NCBI RefSeq assembly: GCF_001194135.2
Contig: NC_069002.1
Span: 30,710,546 to 30,774,545 of the forward strand
Direction of reading: 5' to 3'
DNA length: 64,000 nt
Origin: Octopus bimaculoides
Lineage: Eukaryota
In this document: positions 50,320 to 62,300 of the stretch, piece by piece
Layout of the letters: every line of letters begins with the position of its first letter
Numbering within the stretch: position 1 is the first letter of the stretch
Notes under the pieces: generated by a model
What the model saw: the letters and a program-made list of their open reading frames with translations, nothing else
The model's database searches: none
What the model was told of the DNA's origin: nothing
Translations under genes and position numbers: made by a program

Positions 50320-53300
50320 GTATATATATGTGTGTGTGTGTCTGTGTCTGTGTTTGTCGCCCCACCATCGCTTGACAACCGATGCTCAGGTGTTTACGTC
50401 CCCGTAACTTAGCGGTTCGGCAAAAGAGACTGATAGAATAAGTACTAGGCTTACAAAGAATAAGTCGTCGTGTCGATTTGCTCGACTAAAGGCGGTGCTC
50501 CAGCATGGCCACAGTCAAATGACCGAAACAAGTAAAAAAGACTTATGATGAAAGACAATCTAGCCATGGCCATTGTTGTTGTTTTTTTTTTTTCATATGT
50601 GATGGGAACCCAGGAACACATAAATCCCAATGTGTTCTTTTTTAAGACAGCAGGGCAAGATATGAGAAAAAATTGGCTGCTATTTCTAGCAGGTTCAATA
50701 ACTATAAAGAGGTTCCATCTCCGTGATTACTGGCCTGTCATTTGTGTGTATATGTGGTGGGTGGGGGTGGTAATAATAATTACTCAGACATTTCTCACTA
50801 CATCAGACCCTCTCCCTCTCTCTCTCTCTCTCTCTGTCTATATATATCTTCAACTATAAATATTACATCGTTGGGAGATCTAGCTAAATATATCTTCCAC
50901 ATTGATTAAATGGCCACAACTGAGGAAACTTTATACCTTCTGGTCAGCTGAGTTAATTTATTTCTCAGCCAAATTACTAAGCACTTTTCTTAATATCCAT
51001 CATCATCATTGTCATCGTCATCATCATTGTCATTTAATGCCCACTTTTTTATGCTCATGTGGGTCAGACTGAATTTGTTGAGGCAGATTTTCTATAGTTG
51101 GATGCCCGTCGTTGTTGCCAACCAAGGTACTGTTTCCCCATGGAAGACTGGAAATGAACAACCCCTCTTGTATGACAGTGATGCTCGTTTACAACCATTG
51201 TATGACGTCAAGACAAGGGTTCACACAAACATGCATTCATTTGTATGTTGGGCTTCTTTCAGTTCCCATCTACTCGCAATAGTTTGGTTGGTTAGGGGTT
51301 TTAGTTGAATGCCCTTGCCCCCAAATGCCACCCAGTGGAGCTGATTGGATTGCACCCAGTTCTTATCTTTTAAACCTGGTACTTATTCTGTTGGGGTCCC
51401 TTTTGTAGAGCCATTCAGTTGTAGAGTACTTGGGGACTTCACTGGTGCTGGTNNNNNNNNNNNNNNNNNNNNNNNNNNNNNNNNNNNNNNNNNNNNNNNN
51501 NNNNNNNNNNNNNNNNNNNNNNNNNNNNNNNNNNNNNNNNNNNNNNNNNNNNNNNNNNNNNNNNNNNNNNNNNNNNNNNNNNNNNNNNNNNNNNNNNNNN
51601 NNNNNNNNNNNNNNNNNNNNNNNNNNNNNNNNNNNNNNNNNNNNNNNNNNNNNNNNNNNNNNNNNNNNNNNNNNNNNNNNNNNNNNNNNNNNNNNNNNNN
51701 NNNNNNNNNNNNNNNNNNNNNNNNNNNNNNNNNNNNNNNNNNNNNNNNNNNNNNNNNNNNNNNNNNNNNNNNNNNNNNNNNNNNNNNNNNNNNNNNNNNN
51801 NNNNNNNNNNNNNNNNNNNNNNNNNNNNNNNNNNNNNNNNNNNNNNNNNNNNNNNNNNNNNNNNNNNNNNNNNNNNNNNNNNNNNNNNNNNNNNNNNNNN
51901 NNNNNNNNNNNNNNNNNNNNNNNNNNNNNNNNNNNNNNNNNNNNNNNNNNNNNNNNNNNNNNNNNNNNNNNNNNNNNNNNNNNNNNNNNNNNNNNNNNNN
52001 NNNNNNNNNNNNNNNNNNNNNNNNNNNNNNNNNNNNNNNNNNNNNNNNNNNNNNNNNNNNNNNNNNNNNNNNNNNNNTTCTATTGGCACAGGGCTTGAAA
52101 CCTAAAAGAAGTGGGGCTAGTTGATTACATTGAACCCCAGTACTCAACTGGTACTTATTTTATCAACCTTGAAATGATAGAGACAAAGTCCATCTTGGCA
52201 GAATTTGAACTTAGGACGTAAAGCCAGAAGAAATGCTGTTGGTATGCTAAGAATTCTGCCGGTTCAAATATTGTCTAACATTGGCCCAAGGCCCTGATAT
52301 CAGGGAACTGGACATAAGACCAAAAACAAAATTCATTTTTCTAATGAGAAAGTTAATTAATTTTATTTTAGATTGTTTTGTTGATTTAAAGTGTAATTTA
52401 TATTTATTCTGATTTTTTTTTGTTCTTTATTTGTCCATTTTTAGCCAGAATAAACTTGATGAAGCCCTGCTGACATCTGGCCGTGTGTCCGATGCCTTGA
52501 ATTCACTGCAAGAATGGTTGAGTAAAGCAGAAGCAATGCTGTCTAAAGACGAATGTATACTTGGAGATTATGATACTGTAAATCTATTAATAGAACAACA
52601 CAAGGTTTGTTTATTTACTTCACATGTAATAGTTGTGACTCTGTAGTCACGAGTTCAAACCTTGCTATCACCATTGAACTGTGCCTCAGTATACAACCTG
52701 ATTATTATACTTCATTCTAGCAAATACGCTACCTTTACTTTCTAGAAAATTAGATAAAGGACCCCTGCTTGTAAAAACAACCCATATCAAGAATTCATTC
52801 TTTGGTTCACTTTTCCGTCTGTTTTTCCATGCTAGCATGGGTTAGATGAATACATGCATACAAGAGGTAGACCCTGGAAGACAAGGGATGAAGTGGTGAA
52901 GCATGATTTCTGGACGTTGGGCCTCGCAGAGGCGATGACAAGTGACTGAGACCTTTGGCGATATGCTGTGCTTGAGAAGACTTGCCAAGCCAAGGGAAAT
53001 TGTAGTCGTGGCCGATGCTAGTGACACATAAAAGCACCCATTACACTATGTAAAGTGTTTGGCATTAGGAAGGGCATCCAGCGAACAACTGATGAAGGGT
53101 CGTTCTTTATGTTGTTTGTCTTCAAACAAAATATCTCTTATTCTGTGTCTATGGCTTTGTTGACAAGGAAATTACAACAACCACTGGGCTACTGATGTTA
53201 ACATTTGTAACTCAGTGATTTTTTGTGGGGGACAAGTGAAAACCTCAACAGTTACTCAGACACAGATATTCGAAACCATAGTAGATCTGTATGTTGGACA

Positions 53301-56300
53301 AACTGTTCAACTTGCTCCTCGCTTTCTGTCGAACAACTTGATGTAGTTAACAATTATTTAAAAAACAAAGAAAAATAAAAAAAAAGCTGTTTCTGTAGTA
53401 ATTAAATATCTATTTCCAGTCAGTGCAACAAGAACTGGAAGCTCGGGAACAAACTTTGGAAGCCCTGAAGTCTGCTGGAAGCATACCTGAACAACACATT
53501 GAGGATCTGGTATTTTTATGGAAACGGATTAATTTATTGAGTGAAAGTCGAGAGGCTCGTTTAAAGGAGGCATTAACTTTGGTAAATATCATTTCTTAAT
53601 ATAATTCCATTTCTCTGATTGTCCGTTACTCCTGACAAGCACAGTAAAGACAGCTGTTATTGTAGTTTGACTGTTTGTATGTTATTGAAACACTGACAGG
53701 TCATTTAGTTAGCTAAATACACAACTGGAAATATTTGTTATAATTTTAACTGTCTATGTATAACTTGTATACAGTTATAACTGTATGCATATTTTCTTAT
53801 TTATTACATAAGAACATTTATTTTACTCAGTTTAAATCTAATTTTGCAAGTAATTATCTTCAAAACTAAATATTTGTCACCCTTGCATTTTCCATGGGTA
53901 CCCTGTAGTTTACCTTTTTTTACTCTTAAAAAGGTTTTTCAACAGGAAACTGTTTGGTAATTGAAATTGCTGTTTTGGGACTAAAAAAAGCTGGCTATTA
54001 AAATTCTCTGAATATTTTGCTATCTCCCAAACACCAAATTAATAATGACAAAATTAATTACTGTACTAAATTCCTTCTAAACCTTACTTGTTTGTATGTT
54101 TTCAGGCAAATATTGTAAAGAAATATATTAATTGCTATTGTTTTTATTCAATTAGCCAAACAATGGAAGCATCTCCTCCTCCTACAACAACAACAACAAG
54201 CCTTAAGATTGGTTATAAACTATTTCACATCAAATTATCTACTCTAATTTATGCAAAAATATGTAAATGTTTGCAGTAAACTTGTATTCATAAAACTGTC
54301 AAAATTTATTAAGAGAACAAGTAATTTTTTTCTGTTTTTATTGGAAAAATATAATTTATATTCTGGAGTTATGCTTGTTTGACAAGTGATTCTTGATTTG
54401 AAATTGTGTGTTGAAGCTGAAAGAATTATTATCAGAGAAGGAACATTTTAATGATTGAAAAAAACCCACAAACAGTGTTAAATTCATTCTTAATTTACTT
54501 CATGAGGTGCCAAAAATTTTGTCAAACCACATTATGATCTTTAAGATAGCTGGACAAAGATGCAGTTGAACTGTGTCAATGGCCAAGGTTGGAGTTTCTG
54601 CTACAAAGACTTTCGCATCTCATAAGATAAACAAAAAGCAAACAAACTTTAGCATCTTTCGTGTATTTCTTTCTTTTTTTAATTGCTTTCAAATTGATTA
54701 CGAAAACACTGATGGTTGACAAGTCTTGTATTCTTTTACCAACCGAAGGTTTCCAGAGTCAAAGGTGTTTTATGATGCCGAATAGTCAAAGCCCTAGGGA
54801 AGCTAGTTGGCTGATACTGCTTTCGACAAAGAATTCCACGAGGTTTGGTGCGTGGAATGTTCGAACAATGTTTACTGCTGGAAAGTGTGAAAATATTAGC
54901 AAAGAAATGGACAATTATAAATTGGAAATTTTGGGTTTGTGCGAAACTAGGTGGATTGATAATGGACAAACTAAGCTAGCTTCAGGAAAAACAATTATAG
55001 ACTCAGAGCACAAAGATGATAAGGCGTGTCACACAAGGGGAGTAGCTCTGATGCTGACTAAGAAAGTGGTTAAAACATTAATAGAATGGCAACCCATAAA
55101 TGAAAGATTGATACTAGCAAAGTTTAGAACGTCTCATAAGCGGATTTTCCTAACAATTGTTATGTGCTACGCCCCAACAAATGATGTTAAAATGACTTTT
55201 CCACAATTTAATCGTTAACAATAATTTATAGTTTAATAATTTTGCCCTTCATCTCCTAGCATAAAGTTGCCCCCTTTTAAAGTTTGTAGTCTTGCCAACT
55301 GCATGGCGGCCCTTACTATTGCCAGTGAGGTGAGACAATGCACCCCGGTACATGGGAAGATGTTGGCAATAAAGTACATCCAACTGTAGAAACCCTGCCA
55401 AAGCAGACTGGAACATGATGCTATTCTTGGGCCCATCAAATCCTGTTAAAATGCCAACAAAGAACAAGGATATTAAATGCTGATTTACTTCTCTTTCAGG
55501 CTGATGAATTCCAAGAGGTTGTCCAAGTGATGAGAGAATTTCTTCCAACTGTAGAATCTGAGTTAAAATTCCGACCCCTACCTGATGATGAACTTTCCAT
55601 TATTCATTTGATTGAACGACATGAAGTAAGTTTATGTCCTCGTTTCTCTCTTTTTTTGTTTTGTAATTTTTATATCTCTCCCTCTTTCACTTCGTGTCCC
55701 CCACCTCTTAAAATTGCAATTGAACCTTTTAGCATTTAAACCAGCCACAATATTTGATCCGTTTTATGCTCAAACTACATTTGACAGCAAATTCTTAATG
55801 CTTAGAGGGTTAATATACAAATTAAAATTTAATACAGAAATTACACTTTTGAATGATAAATTACAATTTCATCCTTTTTATACAGACTTACCTGAGACCA
55901 CCTCTAGTTCTAAGATACAAAATTCCTATTTTAAAATGATCCAAATAAAAATCTTCCATCAAAATTTCATGTAAATATTTTCCAGACACCAGCTTCATAA
56001 TGGGTCATTTCATTAACTTCATTATTTCTCAGGGCTTCAAAGATCAGTGGGAGGAAGGGAGAAAGTTATATATACATGTATGTGAAAATGTGTGTGTGTA
56101 TATATTCTATTTCTTGTGTAAATCAATTTTTCAGAAATTCCAAGAACGTCTTCGTAATCACCAAGACACAGTCGACAAAATCAAGGTCCTTGCTGAAAGA
56201 ATTTTAAAACACTGTCACCCAAATGCTGTTAGATTCGTCAAATATTACCTTACAATTACTCAAACGCGGTGGGATCAAGTAAGTACTATGGCTACTATCT

Positions 56301-59300
56301 GTTCTTATTCCATAGTGAAACCATTCTATGAAAGTATAGTACAGCATTAGTATTGATGATAACAACTGGATATTCTATGACTGGCTGTGAGGTAACCAAC
56401 ATCTTTATATTTTATTATGTAACCGGCACAGCATGGCTGTGTAGTAAGAAGCTTGCTTTCCAATCACATGGTTCTGGGTTCATTCCCACTGCGTGGCACC
56501 TTGGGCAAGTGTCTTCTACTATAGCCTTGGGCAGGCCAAAGCCTTGTGAGTGGATTTGGTTGAGGGAAACCAAAAGAAGCCTGTTGTAAATATGTCTGTG
56601 ACAACCGATGCTGGTGTGTTTGCGTCCCTGCAACTTAGCAGTTCAGCAGAAAGGACTGATAGAATAAGTGCTAGGCTTACAAAGAATAAGTCCTGGGGTC
56701 GATTTGTTCGGCCAAGGGTGGCACTCCAGCATGGCCACAGTCAATTGACTGAAACAAATATAAGAATAATACTTGTGCATGTTCAGTTGTTTTATGCCCA
56801 GAGTAAGTAATGCCTTGCAGCCTCTTGTACAAGGGCATGGTAGTGTTGTTCTTCTGCCAATTCTATGTCGAAGCACATATCCTGCAACTGATTCTGGTTT
56901 CATTGACTCCAAAAAGCAAAGGCAACCTTGGATGAATTTGAGCTCAGAACATGAAGACTGACGAAATGTTGCTAAGCATTTCGCCCGGCGTGCTAACGGT
57001 TCTTATTTGTTTATTACCTACAAGGTGCTAAACATAGAGAGGACAAACAAGGACAGATAAAGGGATTAAGTCGATTACATCGCCTCCAGTGTGTAACTGA
57101 TACTTAATTTATCGACCCCGCAAAGATGAAAGGCAAAGTCGATCTCGAAGGAATTTGAACTCTGAATGTAACAGCAGATGAAAAACTGTTAAGCATTTCA
57201 CCTGGCATGCTAATGTTTCTGCCAGCTCGCTGCCTTAAGGGAAACAGAACACTGTTTCCCTTTCATAATCTTGCAGTTTAATCCATGCTTAATTAAACAT
57301 GCATTTAATTAAAGAAAAAGAAAATATTTAGGTGTGACTCATAGGTGCAGGTGTGGCTGTGTGGTAAGAAGTTTGTTCCTCAACCACATGGTTCCAGGTT
57401 CAGTCCAACTGTATGGCACCTTGGGCAAGTGTCTTCTATAGCCTCAGGCTGACCAAAGCCTTGTGAGTGGATTTGATAGATGGAAACTGAAAGAAGCCCT
57501 TCGTATGTCTGTATCTGTTTGTTCCACAACATTGCTAGACAACTGATGTTGGTGTGTTTATGTAACTTTAACCATCTGGCAAAAGGTGACCAATAAAATA
57601 AGTACCAGGCTTAAACAAAAAATAAGGGCTGGGAGTCGATTCATTCGACTAAAATAAATTGTTCAAAGTGGTGCCCCAGCATGGCCATAGTTTAATGACC
57701 GAAACAAGTAAAAGTAAAAAGACAAATAGTAATTCATATTAATTTTAAAATAAATTAATTTCTATTAATTAATCTTGTAATCATTTAATTGCAGTTGATA
57801 CAGCGATCCCATTCACGAGCACAACGACTGCAGGACGCATTGAAGAGTATTCAGGGAAATGCTGCTTTATTGGAAGAATTATTGGCCTGGTTAACAGACT
57901 GCCAAGTATTATTGGCAACGAAAGAAAAAGACCCAATTCCAGAGGACATTCGAGTTGTAGAGACCCTATTAAAAGAGCACCAGGTAAGTTGTGGCAGGGA
58001 TTTTGTGAACCAAAATGTCCAGTAATGAGGGACCAAGTTTGGGGAGTTCCAGAGTCTTGAAGCATGTGGAACCACCTCCAAGCTGCTGCTGCTGTTTCCT
58101 ACACTGCAACAACTCTGACCTGGAGTAGTTGCGGCTGTCAGGGTCTCAGATATTGTTTAAATAGCACATCATGATTTCTCTTGCCCCAACAGGTCTTCAT
58201 TGGACACGAAACTCAGCTTGCGAAGACCTGTTGGGGCAAGCGAAATCATGATGGCACCTGTGCCCAGCGTCGCCTTTCTGGCACTTGTGCCCACAGCATG
58301 TGTAAGGGCTTTCGAGCGAGATCGTTGCCAGTGCCCCTGTTTGTTTCTTGTGCGGGTGGCACGTAAAATACACCATTTTGAGCGTGGCCGTTGCCAGTAC
58401 TGCCTGACTGGCCTTCGCGCCGGTGGCACATAAAAGCACCCACTACACTCTTGGAGTGGTTGGCTTTAGGAAGGGCATCCAGCTGTAGAAACTCTGCCAA
58501 ATCAGATTGGAGCCTGGTGTAGCCATCTGGTTCACCAGTCCTCTGTCAAATCGTCCAACCCATGCTAGCATGGAAAGCGGACGTTAAACGATGATGTTGA
58601 TGATGATGATGATTAGGGCTTATCTACCTGTTAGTGTGTGAAGACTGCATTCGCTGAACTATGCGGAAGAGACCTTTATGGTTCAGCAGAAGGAAGGGCA
58701 ACTTCAGCAATGCATTGTGGAGTACAGAGAGTAAGACGTCTTGGTTACCCACTGCATCCCTCTCCATCCTCAGTTATTTTTACCAGGTCTTGTCATTGAA
58801 TTGAAACAGGTCACCGATGAGTGAGTGAAATTGACAATGCAGAACCCTTCTTCACTTTAAGGTCCCCACAAAAATCATCTGTCATTCTCAATGATGACGA
58901 GATAACTTGATGAGGATCATAAATTAGAAATTTAGCAAATATTTACTTACAGAACTATCATGCCATTCAACTCATGCTGGCATGGGTTGAATGGTTCAAG
59001 TGAGGACTGCACCAAGCTCCAATGTCTGCTTTGACATGGTTTCTACGGCTGGATGCCTTTCTTAATGTCAACCATCTTACAATGTACTGGATGCTCTTTA
59101 TGTGGCACTGAAACCTATCAAGTTACCAAGTAACTTGCAAAATCAAAACCCTCTTCTGTAAATATTCACTAAATATTTATTTAACTGTTTCACCAAAGTT
59201 TATTACTTTGTCTAAAAGACCCAGTGGCATCAAATGTGGTTTCTGTTTCTTCTGTTGCAGGATCTTCACGAAGAAATCACAAGTAAAAATGCCGATGCTG

Positions 59301-62300
59301 ATCGACTGACCAAAATAGTGACAAGTGAATCAAAATTATCTCAAGGACGGCATTATGGAAGGTAAATGGAATTATTGATTTTTTTTTTTACCATTCTCAG
59401 ACTTGAGTAAATCTCTTCAAATGTTCTGTATTTATAAAATACTTGAGAAAGCCATATCTTTTATATATATATACACACACACACACATACATATACTAGC
59501 CTATTACCTGTCATATAATGGGTAACTTTGGAATTATACTTTTGCCATCACTGGTAATATCAGGAAATAATTTAACTTTTTCTGTGATTTGTCTATTCTA
59601 TAGTGAATTACTGATGAGATCTCTTCTATTTGTGTTTAGTAATTGGAGATTAAATGAAATCGATGGCCACAATCCACGAGTTATTGCTCTGCAGAATAAA
59701 TGGAGAACAGTGTGGCGTATGTCTGTAGACCGCAAGAAGAAATTACAGGATGCGTTGGAAACTTTGATGGAGGTGAGTTTATTCTTAGATTTCATATTGC
59801 AGTTGATGTACAAACAGTATCATGTTTAATAACGAGCCATATTGTCAAATTTGCACATTTTGTTTGTGTTTTAAGACAGATATGAATGTTCTTGCTGCTA
59901 TTTTTAGCAGATTTAACAACCATGTACAAGAGGTGTGGGGGGGGGCCTTTGTAGTACCAGAGCACAAATGAAATGCATGAGAACTGGGCACCCATCTTTA
60001 CCGAGGAAAAAAAAAACGAATTTTAAAATTTACTACAAATCTAACTTTTATCACTGAACCTTTCATCCTCTGACATGAGTTCCCCTCCTCAAATTCCCGT
60101 CCCTCTCACAATTCCTTGTCTTGCAAGTTACTTGGTGACTCTGCCAGTGCTGGTGCCACGTTAAAAGCAACCAGTCCACACTGTAACATGGTCTGCATTT
60201 GGAAGGACATCCAGCTGTAAAAGTCCTGCCAAAACTGACCTCTCCTGTGCTAGTGTCATGTAAAACGCACTGAGTCCACTCTGCAGAGTGGTTGGTGTTA
60301 GGAAGGGCATCCAGCCGTAAAATCCCTGCCAAAACAGATACGGTAGCCTAGGGTAGTTTTTCTACCTGGCTAGCTCCTGTGAACCATCCTACCTCTGCAT
60401 GCATGAAAGATGGATGTTAAACGATGATGATGATGATGAACTTTTATTAGATTACTCTTTTAGTTTAAAGACTTACTGTTTTGTCTCTCACCCCCATCAA
60501 TTTTTTAGGGATGGGGCTTCATTGAAGGGCAGTTTCTAATCTAAATGTGGGAAAGGGTGGAGGATCCCGCCGTCTTATGCTGGTTCAATTATTTCACAAG
60601 TTAAACTCTTATGTAATTATGTCCCTTCGTTGNNNNNNNNNNNNNNNNNNNNNNNNNNNNNNNNNNNNNNNNNNNNNNNNNNNNNNNNNNNNNNNNNNNN
60701 NNNNNNNNNNNNNNNNNNNNNNNNNNNNNNNNNNNNNNNNNNNNNNNNNNNNNNNNNNNNNNNNNNNNNNNNNNNNNNNNNNNNNNNNNNNNNNNNNNNN
60801 NNNNNNNNNNNNNNNNNNNNNNNNNNNNNNNNNNNNNNNNNNNNNNNNNNNNNNNNNNNNNNNNNNNNNNNNNNNNNNNNNNNNNNNNNNNNNNNNNNNN
60901 NNNNNNNNNNNNNNNNNNNNNNNNNNNNNNNNNNNNNNNNNNNNNNNNNNNNNNNNNNNNNNNNNNNNNNNNNNNNNNNNNNNNNNNNNNNNNNNNNNNN
61001 NNNNNNNNNNNNNNNNNNNNNNNNNNNNNNNNNNNNNNNNNNNNNNNNNNNNNNNNNNNNNNNNNNNNNNNNNNNNNNNNNNNNNNNNNNNNNNNNNNNN
61101 NNNNNNNNNNNNNNNNNNNNNNNNNNNNNCCCCAGTGCTTGACTGGTACTTAATGAAAGACAAAGTTGACCCCAGCATGTAAGGTTAGATGAAATGCCAC
61201 AATGTATTTTGTTCAGCATGCTAATGATTCTGCAAGCTCGTTGCCTGATTGATAATAATAATAACAATAATAATAATAATAATAATAATATTGGTTTCAA
61301 ATTTTAGCACAAGACCAGCAATTTTGGGGAGGTGGTTAAGTCAATTACATCGACTCCAGTATGCAACTGGTACCTAATTTATCGATCCTAAAAGGATGAA
61401 AGTCAAAGTCAGCCCCTGGCAGAATTTGAACCGAGAACATAAAGACGGACAAACTGTCGCTTAGCATTTTGCCTGGCATGTTAATGATTCTACCAGTTCA
61501 CCCCCTTACTTTTACTACTACTGCTACTACTACTAATAATAATGGTTATAATGACAATAAAAAGGACAGTAGTAGCATAGTGGTAGTTATTCTTTCTAAG
61601 CTAGATACAATTTGAAATTTGTGGGGAGGGGTTATTTGATTAAATTGACTGGTACTTGATTTTATTGACCCTGAAAAGGGTGTTGGGCCCAAGTTGAAGC
61701 TTGGTGGTATTTGAAGCAAGAATGTCAAAACTCTGAACAAATACTGAAAGGTATTTCTTACCGATTCATGAGGTGGTGGATGGTTTATATTCCATGGACA
61801 AATATATAAAAAAAAAATGGTTATGGTTACAGAAGGAATCTGAGCACTCAGTCCAGTTAGACCCCCCCCCCCCCTAAACCCTTGATCTGTTTCTCTGAAC
61901 CTTACAAAGGAGATGACAGAGGACCGACATGTGGTGCATTGCTGTACTTGAGAAGACCCGCCCATCACACTGGCGATGGTGCCAGGTAAAAAGCACTTAG
62001 TACACTCTGTAAAGTGGTTGGCGTTAGAAAAGGGCCCCCAACTGTAGAAACCAAGTCAAAACAGACTATGGGACCTGATGCAGTCCCTCTCCTTGCCAGT
62101 TCCTGTCAATCCGTCCAACCCATGCCAGCATGGAAAACAGATGTTAAATGTTGTTGTTGATGATGATGATGATGTTGGGCAACCATACTCTCATTGTTGT
62201 TTTAGAAAGTTTTACCTGATCAATATTTTTTTCAATTCTTTATTGATTATTGCATTTATTGAACCTGGATATAAAGTTTAGAAACTGTATAATGTTTATC

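Noticed and set aside
21276-52444. Missing internal exons in the long introns 9 and 10
   Set aside because: Exons 9-10-11 join in frame and read collinearly with my recollection of MACF1 without a gap. Optional exons inside N gaps cannot be excluded.
52445-52448. Tandem acceptor TAG-C-CAG at exon 11
   Set aside because: The downstream AG is 4 nt away and would frameshift after a phase-2 donor.
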